Virus record (IMG/VR): IMGVR_UViG_3300042549_003167
From: a virus
Lineage: Duplodnaviria > Heunggongvirae > Uroviricota > Caudoviricetes
Direction: 5' to 3' (one strand)
DNA length: 64,000 nucleotides
The notes beneath the pieces were generated by a model. That model did not search any database, was not told the DNA's origin, and worked only from the letters and a program-made list of their open reading frames with translations. A program made the translations under genes and the position numbers. Below are positions 1 through 10,022 of this stretch, piece by piece. Each line of letters begins with the position of its first letter. The first letter of the stretch is position 1.

Positions 1-1810
1 TTGTAAGTCTCTTTAAGAAGTCTTCTCTAGTTTCACCAGCATTTACAATACCATTTGTAATTAACTCTTGGAATCCTTCTTCTGTAGATGACTGTTGAGA
101 ATAATAAGATAACTCTTCTCCAACAGATCCCACCTTACCATATTTAACTCTTGGCATAATGTAAGATAGAGTAAAGTCATTCTCAAAATCTTTCTCTGAA
201 ACCTTATCATTATTTACAATAGCTTGTTGTCTAGCCTTTTGAGAACCAATACCAATACCAATATATCTAGCATAGTCTCCAAGTACATTTTCAATATTGC
301 TTTGATTCAAAGCACCTAGAGCTATATCTGTATTAGCTCTTCTTTGACCACCTGTACCTAATAGTCCTTGTTCTCTAATAGTTCCTCTTGCCTGTTGTAA
401 TCCACCAGACAAGCCACCAATTAAGATGCTCTCTAAACCTTCTTTAGTAGAGATGGCATCATCTACACCCTTACCAAGTACGTTACCCATAACACCACTT
501 AAGCTAGTTAAGAAGTCTTGAGTTCCTTGTCTGTTTCTAAAGGCTCTGTTGAAGTAATCATTTGTACCTACTTGGATGGCAAACTGTGCACCTTCTTCAA
601 ATGCTTCTGTAGGAGCAAAGAATAGTTTAGAAACATCCTTTGATCTTTGTAACACTTTTCCAAACTTAGTAGAGGGAACCACTTCTGTGAAAGCAGCACC
701 TTGTCCTTTCTTTTCAATCTGATTAAGTAACAACTTATCAGCTCTGTTAGAAGAACCTAATATCTTTGGAAGTTGAATATAGTTTGTACCAGTTAATAAT
801 AAAGTATTCATTCCCCAAGTGAAGTTACCAACATTGTTTGAGTAATCATCAATCTCATCTAAGTCAGCACCTGTAGGATTCTTACCATATTTTTGAACAT
901 ATTGTTCTATTGCCTTTTGTCTAAAGTCATTTGTATTTTGTAAAGCCTCCAAGGAAGCTTCACCAAACGTACCCATTGTAGAAGCAATGATTCTATCAGG
1001 GTCACTTAGTATTTTAGCTACAGGAGTCTTTAAATATTTCTGTGCTACAGAATTAACTGCACCATCAAATGCAGCAAATTGATTTACCTTTGGTACAGCT
1101 ACCATTGCTTCCTCAGCAGCAGTAACTGCTTCTAGTCCACGACCTGCTCTAACAAGAGTATTTGTCTTACCCATTACATTTAGTAACTTAGTCCAAGCCA
1201 CACCACCCCCTATAGCACCCACTGTATATCCTAAGTTTTTTATCAACTTGTCTGAGAAGAAGTTAGCAGTCCATATATTATCAGGAGACCACCAATCAGC
1301 ATCTCTTTCTTTAGCTGTGTAATAGTTAGGAGCAACATCTTCCAATCCTGTAATAAACGTTTTATCCATGTCTCTAGTAACATCATTATTATAGAGATTA
1401 GAAAACTTACCATTCTTTATAGCAGAACCAGCACCATATAAAAATCCAGCAGTACCAGCAACAAAAGAAGCTGCAGCAGTGCCTGCCATTTTAATAGCAC
1501 CATTCTTAAACTTATCTACACTAGACTGTTGTTGACCATACATCTCTTCAAGGTTTTCACCAGATCTAACAGCAGCATATCTCTCACCACTATAAATATT
1601 TGCTGATGGAATAGCTTCTCTACCCTTTGGTTTATCACCTGCATAAGCAGCTTGTAAAAATAAATCAGTTACAGAAGGAGTAGGTAGTTTAGCTGTCTTT
1701 ACAGCACCCCCATCACCAAGTACAGGTGTAGTTGGAAAACCTTCAATTGTACCACCAAGGTTGACAATCTTTGGCTTTGGTCCAAATGTATCTAATGTAT
1801 TATCTTCCAT
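1..1810 (-). CDS. Large virion/tail-associated protein, partial. ATG at 1810; the N-terminal 603 aa are in the window and the gene continues past position 1.
   Basis: Manually translated reverse strand from ATG at 1810: MEDNTLDTFGPKPKIVNLGG..., open through position 1. It is the last gene of the structural operon, next to the other giant proteins. Not in the ORF track because it is truncated. Confidence 0.5.
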   Translation of the reverse strand, partial: MEDNTLDTFGPKPKIVNLGGTIEGFPTTPVLGDGGAVKTAKLPTPSVTDLFLQAAYAGDKPKGREAIPSANIYSGERYAAVRSGENLEEMYGQQQSSVDKFKNGAIKMAGTAAASFVAGTAGFLYGAGSAIKNGKFSNLYNNDVTRDMDKTFITGLEDVAPNYYTAKERDADWWSPDNIWTANFFSDKLIKNLGYTVGAIGGGVAWTKLLNVMGKTNTLVRAGRGLEAVTAAEEAMVAVPKVNQFAAFDGAVNSVAQKYLKTPVAKILSDPDRIIASTMGTFGEASLEALQNTNDFRQKAIEQYVQKYGKNPTGADLDEIDDYSNNVGNFTWGMNTLLLTGTNYIQLPKILGSSNRADKLLLNQIEKKGQGAAFTEVVPSTKFGKVLQRSKDVSKLFFAPTEAFEEGAQFAIQVGTNDYFNRAFRNRQGTQDFLTSLSGVMGNVLGKGVDDAISTKEGLESILIGGLSGGLQQARGTIREQGLLGTGGQRRANTDIALGALNQSNIENVLGDYARYIGIGIGSQKARQQAIVNNDKVSEKDFENDFTLSYIMPRVKYGKVGSVGEELSYYSQQSSTEEGFQELITNGIVNAGETREDFLKRLT

Positions 1811-1815
1811 TTATA

Positions 1816-4590
1816 TTATTGTTGAGTTAAGAGAGCTTGGATAAACTGTGGATTTACACCATTAAATCCATTGATAATTGTTCTTATATCTGGCATACCA
1901 GGTAAGTTCTTTATACCTGAGTTTACACCATCAGTAACAAAAATGTGTGGATAGTACAATCCATTTTTATATGAGATGTTAGCTTTTGCATCATACACAC
2001 TGTTCTTACTTAAATTTTTAAAACTATTTTTTTCAAAGTAAGCATCACCACTTAAGTATGTTTGCTTTTCTTTAGGATCACCAATAGAAGTTTTATCACC
2101 AGTTGCTTGAATATACATTTTAAGATTTGTAATATCTTGTGGTTCAAATAAAGTAGAATAGTCAATGTTAAGTCTAGTTGCTTCATTTTGAGATATAACC
2201 ATACCTCCTAATCTACTCACACCATCTCCACCATATGCTACAATTTCTACCATAGGTTTGTCTCCTGACATTGGACTAATTTGTGCTTCATAAGTAACAT
2301 CTTTACCACCAACGTTGCTAACAAACCCATTAAAGTCAGCAGAAGAGTTTTTTCCCTTTGTATTATAATCACCAGCAAATCTTACTAAATTATCCACTGT
2401 AACTTTATCATCACCAGCATCTCCAGTTATCAATCCTTTCTTAAGACTTGGTCTTTCATAATAATACTTTTTAAGAGCCTCTGCTTGTAATTTTAATGTT
2501 GAACCATAATCATCTCCAAATTTATTAACTATCTTATTTACTTGAGACAAATCAATTTTTGGTATTGCACCAACTCCTGGAACTCCTGGTATTCCACCAA
2601 GTGAGTTAACTGCTATGTTACCATACATCTTTGCAGATCTTGTAAGACCAGTTGCTAAATCAGGAGCATCTCCATATTGTAACAACGCAAGAGAAAGTAA
2701 ATCACCTTTACCTTTTTCATTTAATCTAGTCTCAGCTCTCTTTGCTGCTTCTCTTGCAGTTTTATCATTTAAGAAACCAAGTGAAGAAGAGTTACCTTTT
2801 AAATAAACTGCTATATCATAAAGATCATCTGGAGTGGCTACAACTGGTTTACCATTAACAATACCACCTACAGATTTTATACCATCTAATAAAAACTCTT
2901 GACTTACATTTTTATTAGGTGACTTAGCTTGTGCATCTTGAAGAGCTTTTGATTTTACAGCATTCAATACACTGTAGTTTGTCTTTGTAGCTTTATATAA
3001 TTCATATGCATCTTGAAGATCAGGATTGTTCTCCCTTTCTTTAGCATTCATATTATTATAAGCAATGTCAGTTTTGTTACCAAACCTAGCTCTAAACGCT
3101 TCAGGAGTTTCTTTAGTTTTAGCTGCTAAAGTATCAATTATAGTTTTAATAGCTTCATCTGGATTACGACCATTTGCTAACATTGAATTATAAGTAGCTT
3201 GATTTGCAGGTACTTTAGATAGAGCTGCACTCCAAATAAAGTTATCAGATGCATTTATATAGTTATTTGCAGCATCACCTAACTCTGATTCAAAGCCATA
3301 AACTATATCACGATCTCCTGGTTTATCAGCTTCTTCAAATCCATCATCTGTAATAACAGTTCCATCACTACTCACTCTTGTACCTTTACCACCTTTTGAT
3401 TTACTAAGAAGAACTTGTAAAGCTCTATCCTTTGCCTTCTCCTCAACACTTGTTTTTAATGATGTCATTTTAAAGTTCATCTCAGTAACAAAGTTTCTTT
3501 GATCTTGAGCTTCTTGTTGAAGTTTAAAATTATATTCAGCACCTGGATTGGCCATTGATAGTTCCTTAGTTTTCATCTCACCAAACATTGTGGTGAATCT
3601 ACTTTTAACATCATCCTTATATAATAAAGATCTGACAGCATCTGGATTATCCTGAGCTACAGAAACTATTTCATCATATTGACTTCTTACATTATTCTTC
3701 TTTAATTCAAGTTGATCTATTTGAGCTTGGACATTCTTACCTGTACCTTTTTGTAAAGCTAATTCCTCAATTGCATTATCATACTTAGAAATAATGTTTT
3801 CTTTTTGTAAGTTGATTTTTTGAGTTAGCATCTCTGGAGAATAACCTCTATATTCATATTGACCTGATATATCTAATTGCTGACTCACTCTACTATCAGA
3901 AAAGATTTGTTCTATAGTTTGTTTTACCTTCTCTGGAAATCTACCTTCCTGCTCTAGTCTTTTCATCACTGGAGAATAGATAGGTTTACCTTTTTCATCA
4001 ACTTTTATATTACCATTTGCATCTGTTTCATAAACCATATCTGTTGTAAAATTATCAGGCTTTATAGAATCAAATGTTTCTTTAGCAAACTTCTGTACAT
4101 CAAAATAAGGGATATAACCTGCTGAAAACTTTTGACCAGCTTTATCAGAAGACAACCAACTGTTAGCTTTCTTATTGAAATAATCAACATTAGCTGGACT
4201 TGACTTACCTTCATCTACATCCTTTTGTAACTTAGATAGTTCTTTTCTATAATTGGCTGTAGAGTATACAGCATTCTGAACTGTAGGGTCTTTGATAACT
4301 TGAGTAGCCATACCTCCCACAGAGTTAACTAATTGCTGATTAGAGAAGTCTCCTGCTGCAACAGTCTTTAATCTACTACCCAAGTCATTTAGCTTGGACT
4401 GTAGATACTTTTTGTCAGCATCATTGACAACGTCCATGCCAGCAATATTATCTACATATCCCTGAATTTTTTGCACACCTTGGTCATACTGTTGTTGCTT
4501 TTGAGTGCCAACAGTGACCATTGCTTCTATCAAAGGGGCCTTTGATACGTATGGGTTAAAGGTTGATATTTGATCTGTAAACGATGCCAT
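1816..4590 (-). CDS. Large virion protein (924 aa) with coiled-coil segments; candidate internal/ejection or tail-associated protein
   Basis: 924-aa ORF tightly packed between the neighbouring giant genes. It has a coiled-coil-like stretch (LQKENIISKYDNAIEELALQKGTGKNVQAQIDQLELKKNNVRSQYDEI). No enzymatic motif recognised. Confidence 0.5.
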   Translation of the reverse strand: MASFTDQISTFNPYVSKAPLIEAMVTVGTQKQQQYDQGVQKIQGYVDNIAGMDVVNDADKKYLQSKLNDLGSRLKTVAAGDFSNQQLVNSVGGMATQVIKDPTVQNAVYSTANYRKELSKLQKDVDEGKSSPANVDYFNKKANSWLSSDKAGQKFSAGYIPYFDVQKFAKETFDSIKPDNFTTDMVYETDANGNIKVDEKGKPIYSPVMKRLEQEGRFPEKVKQTIEQIFSDSRVSQQLDISGQYEYRGYSPEMLTQKINLQKENIISKYDNAIEELALQKGTGKNVQAQIDQLELKKNNVRSQYDEIVSVAQDNPDAVRSLLYKDDVKSRFTTMFGEMKTKELSMANPGAEYNFKLQQEAQDQRNFVTEMNFKMTSLKTSVEEKAKDRALQVLLSKSKGGKGTRVSSDGTVITDDGFEEADKPGDRDIVYGFESELGDAANNYINASDNFIWSAALSKVPANQATYNSMLANGRNPDEAIKTIIDTLAAKTKETPEAFRARFGNKTDIAYNNMNAKERENNPDLQDAYELYKATKTNYSVLNAVKSKALQDAQAKSPNKNVSQEFLLDGIKSVGGIVNGKPVVATPDDLYDIAVYLKGNSSSLGFLNDKTAREAAKRAETRLNEKGKGDLLSLALLQYGDAPDLATGLTRSAKMYGNIAVNSLGGIPGVPGVGAIPKIDLSQVNKIVNKFGDDYGSTLKLQAEALKKYYYERPSLKKGLITGDAGDDKVTVDNLVRFAGDYNTKGKNSSADFNGFVSNVGGKDVTYEAQISPMSGDKPMVEIVAYGGDGVSRLGGMVISQNEATRLNIDYSTLFEPQDITNLKMYIQATGDKTSIGDPKEKQTYLSGDAYFEKNSFKNLSKNSVYDAKANISYKNGLYYPHIFVTDGVNSGIKNLPGMPDIRTIINGFNGVNPQFIQALLTQQ

Positions 4591-4666
4591 AATACAAAAT
4601 TAATTTAAAATATTAGAATTACCAAGAGTAATAACATTTTTTGGTAAATCACTATAACTTAATTAG

Positions 4667-7600
4667 TTATAGATTTTTTAAAGCTTGAACAATAGAACCA
4701 TTTCTGCTTGTCTTAGAAGTTCTGGTTCTTTCCTTACTTCCTGTAATATTGCCAGTTTTATCTCTACTAACAATTCTCTCATATAGGTCTTTTATTTTAC
4801 TTTTATCTAAGTTTGATAAACCTTCTATGCCAACTCCTTCAGGTATATTAAACTGAGCAGGAGCATTAGTGTTGTAAGCTACACCACTTGGAGAGAATCT
4901 GTAGTTGTACATGTTCTCATAAACGTTAAGTGTTTGATTCTCAAGCTTGTTCTGAGCAGTTTTATTAGCAATAGATTTAAGAGCTTCAAGAGCTTGAGCT
5001 CTAGTGTTAGATTTAGCTTGGGCCTGTCTAACGTATTGTTGATCAAGGATTTGTAAGTTTTTCAACTGAGCATCATTTAACAAAGCTCTGTTTCTATTGT
5101 AAGTACTCATCTTGTTAGCTTGATTGACTCTGCTTTGTTCTCCCAATACTCTGTTCTTAGCTTCTAATGACTGAGCCATAATCTGTGCTTGGGCTGCTGG
5201 ATTTGAACCTGCAGCTCTGATGGCAGCTCTAGACTGAGAGTCAATAGCATTAATCTGATCATTAAAAGAAATGTCATATGGAGTATCTAACATTGGCTGG
5301 AAGGTTTGAGCCTGTACAGGTTCTAACTGATTGGTAGCCATTGCATAATATTCAGGATATATCTCTTCAGGGTCAAGACCTAATTTAGTTCTAGGTCTTA
5401 AGAATGGAGCAATGTTTGACAAAGCCATTTGACCTAACCCTTTCCAATCAAAACCTTTTCCTTTGTCTGCAGCTTCTTCAGCTACATCAGGAAGTAAGTT
5501 ATTACTTGTACTTAACTTATCACCAGTCACTGTAACTGTAGGAAGAGTTGTATTCATTGAACTATATCCTGGTTGATAAGGTATTTGAGTATATTCATCT
5601 CTTGTAGGAACTCCACTTAATGCTGAAGACACAACATTGTTTACAATATCTCTTCCTGTAGGGCCAGGATATAAATCAGGAGCATCTGAAAATGGTGTAC
5701 CACTATATGGAACATTAGTTCCTTTTTGTGCTATCATACGAGGATCTTTTTCTTTTACTAATTTGCCTTGTGCTAACTCATCACTTTTAACACCTAACTC
5801 ACTAGCTGTATCAAGAATAGCATTCTGAACAGCTGCTAAGTTTTGTTTTAAAATAGCTGCACTTCTTAATTTCATGTTGGCTCCCATAAGTTGAGCTTGA
5901 CTTGTATTCATTTTCAATTGATCAAACCCACTATTTCCTGTAGTCATATCAGCTCTTTCTGTAGCTTTTTCTATTAGCTTATTTTGTTTCTTTTCTACAT
6001 TGCTTATATCTGTAGCAACATGTTTAAACTTCTTACCTTTTGCATCTGCTATACCAAACTCATCAGCAGCCATTTGTGATAATTTCATATTACCAAATAC
6101 CACCATGCTGCTATCACGTCCACCATCTTTTAACTTAACTGCTGGTTCACCACCTTCAACTTCTACACCATTCTCACCAAAGTTAATAGGGATACCACCA
6201 TTATCATGTGATCTACCTTTGAACATAACTGTCTCACCACCATCTGGTAAGAAAGGATTATAAGAAATAGTTTCTGCTTTACCACCTTCAATTACTTCTA
6301 AGTCACCATTCATATCTGATGCTTTACCATTTTTAGCTCTAGGATATTTGTCTGTATCAAACATCATATTAGTAGATGTCATACGTCCACCATTGTCAAA
6401 CATTCCACTAGTTACTGCACTTTTTAATTTATTAGCCTGTTTACTATTTTGAACTGTATCTATTATACCTTTGTTTAACATACCCATGGCTAATCCTGCA
6501 AAAGCTTTAGGCATATCTGGTCTACCAGTGTATAATGCTGACGCACTAGGAGGAGTGTAAGGTACTTGTGCAAGATGACCACCACTTCTTAACATATCTG
6601 CATCATAAGGAGGCTTTAACAAATCTTTAACATTGTATTCACCAAACTTAGCAATCACTTGTGGATTGTATTCAGGATTCATATATCCACCATGTTCCAT
6701 AGACTTACTAAACTGACCACTTTGCAATTGATTTTGCCATGCTGCTTGTTGACTATTAAGAGCAGATTGATCTTGATACTTTTTTAATTCTCTAGCATCT
6801 TTAGCACCACCTAATAAGTTACCTCCAACTTGACCTATTATTTTACCAGCCATACCACCAAGAGGACCACCTAACATAGTACCTATAGCTTCACCTGCAG
6901 CACCACCAATTTGTGCTTGACCAGAATCTTGGAAGTACTCTCCAAACTCTGCTTTGGGCATCTTACCACCTTTCTTGTATTGTTTTATATTCTTAGATTC
7001 AATTGGTTCATATCCACCATCTGTATAAATATCACCAGGATTGTATGTATTTTGAATCTCTGTAGGATTGCCACCAATCATTGTACCATTCTGAGCTGCT
7101 AAATAGTTTGTACCTGTACCATAGGGATTACCTAATTGTCCAGGTTGTACTAAAGAATCTTCAGGTCTTACATACTTACGCTCAACTTTTTCTCTTGTAG
7201 TAGCAGCTTGGCTAGCAAGTCCTGCTAGTTGAGCTGATTGATTAGCCTTCTTGATATTTTTCTTTTGTTGACCTATTGCTTGTGCACCACCTATAATTGC
7301 TGGTATAGCATTAAGACCAGCCATAGCTGCACCTGCTGCATCAAATCCACCACCAGCAGCTTTTGCACTACCAAATCCTTCAGGAGGAGGAGTTGCTCCA
7401 TAACCTGCAGCCATTGTATCATACTGACTTACAGACTTTCCACTCATAGGCATTTGAAACATTCCTGTATTAGGATTAACTGAACTACCATATTGAGCAA
7501 TAGGAGGATTACCAAAGTCAGTTAACTGATGTAATTGATCATTAACCATTTTACTACCCATAGCAGCTTTCTTAAATGCTTTACCATGAGCTTTCATAAA

Positions 7601-7678
7601 TGCTTTCTCTGATGGATATTTCTTGTAGAATTCCTTCTCAGATTTAACTTTAGCCATCTTTAACATTTGGTCTTTCAT
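4667..7678 (-). CDS. Gly-rich large virion protein (1003 aa); candidate internal core/ejection protein
   Basis: 1003-aa ORF with long Gly-rich, glycine-zipper-like tracts (GGAAGEAIGTMLGGPLGGMAGKIIGQVGGNLLGG; AAGGGFDAAGAAMAGLNAIPAIIGGAQAIG). This composition is typical of phage internal/ejection proteins. Confidence 0.5.
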   Translation of the reverse strand: MKDQMLKMAKVKSEKEFYKKYPSEKAFMKAHGKAFKKAAMGSKMVNDQLHQLTDFGNPPIAQYGSSVNPNTGMFQMPMSGKSVSQYDTMAAGYGATPPPEGFGSAKAAGGGFDAAGAAMAGLNAIPAIIGGAQAIGQQKKNIKKANQSAQLAGLASQAATTREKVERKYVRPEDSLVQPGQLGNPYGTGTNYLAAQNGTMIGGNPTEIQNTYNPGDIYTDGGYEPIESKNIKQYKKGGKMPKAEFGEYFQDSGQAQIGGAAGEAIGTMLGGPLGGMAGKIIGQVGGNLLGGAKDARELKKYQDQSALNSQQAAWQNQLQSGQFSKSMEHGGYMNPEYNPQVIAKFGEYNVKDLLKPPYDADMLRSGGHLAQVPYTPPSASALYTGRPDMPKAFAGLAMGMLNKGIIDTVQNSKQANKLKSAVTSGMFDNGGRMTSTNMMFDTDKYPRAKNGKASDMNGDLEVIEGGKAETISYNPFLPDGGETVMFKGRSHDNGGIPINFGENGVEVEGGEPAVKLKDGGRDSSMVVFGNMKLSQMAADEFGIADAKGKKFKHVATDISNVEKKQNKLIEKATERADMTTGNSGFDQLKMNTSQAQLMGANMKLRSAAILKQNLAAVQNAILDTASELGVKSDELAQGKLVKEKDPRMIAQKGTNVPYSGTPFSDAPDLYPGPTGRDIVNNVVSSALSGVPTRDEYTQIPYQPGYSSMNTTLPTVTVTGDKLSTSNNLLPDVAEEAADKGKGFDWKGLGQMALSNIAPFLRPRTKLGLDPEEIYPEYYAMATNQLEPVQAQTFQPMLDTPYDISFNDQINAIDSQSRAAIRAAGSNPAAQAQIMAQSLEAKNRVLGEQSRVNQANKMSTYNRNRALLNDAQLKNLQILDQQYVRQAQAKSNTRAQALEALKSIANKTAQNKLENQTLNVYENMYNYRFSPSGVAYNTNAPAQFNIPEGVGIEGLSNLDKSKIKDLYERIVSRDKTGNITGSKERTRTSKTSRNGSIVQALKNL

Positions 7679-7696
7679 ATTATACTATTGTATGAT

Positions 7697-9136
7697 TTAT
7701 TTATATTTGTTTAACCAGCCACCATTTTTATCTTTAGATAATCTAGGTTCCATTCCTTTAGGAATATCTCTTGAAGCATTTGGATTACCTATAGGATTAT
7801 TTAAATATGTTTCAGGATTAAAGTTTGGATTTTCTTTTTTATATTTAGGGTCATCCCACCAATTGATAGGTCCTCTTGTAACTTGTTGTGTACTAGTTGG
7901 TTTAGGAACTTCTTTATATCCTTTTAACCAATCTTGTTTGTAAAGTTTAATTCCTGAATTTTCTATAGATATTGGTACTTTAGATTGAGCCATATTTGTT
8001 GTTGGAAATGAAGATATAGGATGGTTTAATTCTTGACCTGTTAGTTCTGCCATGTAAGGTCCCTTATAACCAATTCCTCCTATAGGTTCACCAGATTTTG
8101 TAACATATCCATAATTTCTACCATCCCAAGGATGTTTCATACTAAAATAAACATCATTAAATTCTTGAGATTTTAATCCACCTTTTCCTGGATTAGCTCT
8201 AATAGCACCACTTTCTAAAATATCTTCATATCCTTCTTTACCTAACATTCTATAATAAGCTTCAGGATTTGCTTTGAATGCCAAAGGATTTAACTTATAA
8301 GCATTCTTTAAAGCTGTTTCTTCTGTAAGATATTTACCTGCAGCTTTAGCACCTTTACCAACAAGCTTACTTGCTGCCAATCCACCTTCCATTATCATTG
8401 CTGCTTCTATAGCATCCTGCATATTTTCAGCACCTTGACTAGCAGCCATTCTATTTAGTGGAGCATTATCTTCAGCTATTCTTTGTAACTTCTGTTTATC
8501 AAACTTAGCTTGTTCTCCTGGTTTAGGAGTGTATTGAGACATTGTAGGTCTATTAGCATTTCTTCTAGCTATGGTTTCTTCAGCTTCTTTCTTTAGTTTT
8601 TTGTTAATATCCCCACCATCTTGAAACTTATCTAACCAACCACCTTCTTGCATCATTGGATATTCTGTAACCTTCTCACCATCAAATTTATAATCTTGAT
8701 CAGGATACATCATCTTTGTATCACCTGTATCAGATACACCAAGTACAGGATAGTCAACTCCCTGCATAGTGATGTCATTAGAATTGATCTCTGTTATCTC
8801 ACCTGGGTAAGCCCATTGACCTCTGTCATCTTTGATTACAGAGCCATTCTGAGCACTTGCTTTTGTCTTCTTAGTATACTTACCATTAGCAGGAGCTGAG
8901 CCAGCTGTGCGTGCGTATGTGAATCCTACAGCACCTGGTAAAGCACCACCCATAGCAAATCGTCCACCCCATGCAGGAGAATAGTCCCTACCCTTGGTAT
9001 TATATCCAAGTCCTACAAAGTCTGGACCTACAGATGCTTTTGCATCATTGTAGTTACTTTGTTTGCCATAGTTATCCTTAGTCTTTTTCTTTAAGACTAA
9101 GCCACCTTGTTCATATTTGTCTAACCAATTTGCCAT
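7697..9136 (-). CDS. Virion protein (479 aa) with a thrice-repeated GGWL(D/N)K(Y/F) motif
   Basis: ORF of 479 aa. The motif appears at the N-terminus (MANWLDKYEQGG), in the middle (EGGWLDKFQDGG) and at the C-terminus (NGGWLNKYK). A Gly/Tyr-rich segment lies between the first two copies. Confidence 0.45.
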   Translation of the reverse strand: MANWLDKYEQGGLVLKKKTKDNYGKQSNYNDAKASVGPDFVGLGYNTKGRDYSPAWGGRFAMGGALPGAVGFTYARTAGSAPANGKYTKKTKASAQNGSVIKDDRGQWAYPGEITEINSNDITMQGVDYPVLGVSDTGDTKMMYPDQDYKFDGEKVTEYPMMQEGGWLDKFQDGGDINKKLKKEAEETIARRNANRPTMSQYTPKPGEQAKFDKQKLQRIAEDNAPLNRMAASQGAENMQDAIEAAMIMEGGLAASKLVGKGAKAAGKYLTEETALKNAYKLNPLAFKANPEAYYRMLGKEGYEDILESGAIRANPGKGGLKSQEFNDVYFSMKHPWDGRNYGYVTKSGEPIGGIGYKGPYMAELTGQELNHPISSFPTTNMAQSKVPISIENSGIKLYKQDWLKGYKEVPKPTSTQQVTRGPINWWDDPKYKKENPNFNPETYLNNPIGNPNASRDIPKGMEPRLSKDKNGGWLNKYK

Positions 9137-9145
9137 TACTTGTAA

Positions 9146-10012
9146 TTATTTATAACTAATCATTGATGGTGCAACAATGAATTGAGAAACAATGTGAGCT
9201 GTAGAACTGTTATCTAAGATGTGTCTCACCTTAAGATCTTTAGCTCTTAGTGGTTCTTTCTTAAATGATCTTTTTCCATAATCCATATTCACTTGATTTA
9301 CAACCTTATCTATTGATAAAGATTCACAACTTGTTGTAAATAAAGGTAATGCTTTATTTTTAATTAATCCCCAGAAAGTATTATATTGATAGAAATTATC
9401 TGACTTAGTATAAGTGATAGTTTTACTTTCAGTATTATAGATTGGGTAGGTTAAGTATTGTTGTAGGTTGTGCATTGGCTTTGGTACCAATTCTAACACA
9501 CCTGTAGACTGTTGACTATTGTAAAGAACAGCTTTGTTAAACCATTGATTATCAACACTTATCTGAGCATTATCATTAAACACACCATCAACAATAGGTA
9601 AGTAGTTAAACACCTTACTGTAGTCTTTTATATTCTGAAGAATCTCATCATAGGTTTGATAAGCAAATGGATACTCTATTATGTAAGGTTCTACGTTACC
9701 ATAGTATTTATTGTAGTTAACTACATCAGTTAAGTGTCTCCATAAAGAACCTGTATTACATTCTGTGTAAGGCAATGCAGCAAGTTGTTCTATAGTGGCA
9801 GTGCCAATAGTAACTTGTAAAACTGTATGGCATTTACCTGTAGATGTTATAGTAATTGTAGTGACAGAATTATCCACACTAACAGTATACCCATCAATAA
9901 GATTTTGTTTGGTTATATCAGTGCCCAAGACAGTCCCTAAGTTATCAGAGATATCAAAGGGTCCAGTTCTACCACCTGAACACGTTAATCTTATTATTAC
10001 TGTTTTAGCCAT
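9146..10012 (-). CDS. Tail fibre/appendage protein (288 aa); N-terminal domain paralogous to ORF 19222..19785
   Basis: N-terminus TVIIRLTCSGGRTGPFDISDNLG...GYTVS...STGKC aligns with TVLITLTLAGSDTGPFNLYSNADG...GYTSS...STGVC of the 187-aa protein. Confidence 0.45.
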   Translation of the reverse strand: MAKTVIIRLTCSGGRTGPFDISDNLGTVLGTDITKQNLIDGYTVSVDNSVTTITITSTGKCHTVLQVTIGTATIEQLAALPYTECNTGSLWRHLTDVVNYNKYYGNVEPYIIEYPFAYQTYDEILQNIKDYSKVFNYLPIVDGVFNDNAQISVDNQWFNKAVLYNSQQSTGVLELVPKPMHNLQQYLTYPIYNTESKTITYTKSDNFYQYNTFWGLIKNKALPLFTTSCESLSIDKVVNQVNMDYGKRSFKKEPLRAKDLKVRHILDNSSTAHIVSQFIVAPSMISYK

Positions 10013-10022
10013 TTATTATTTT

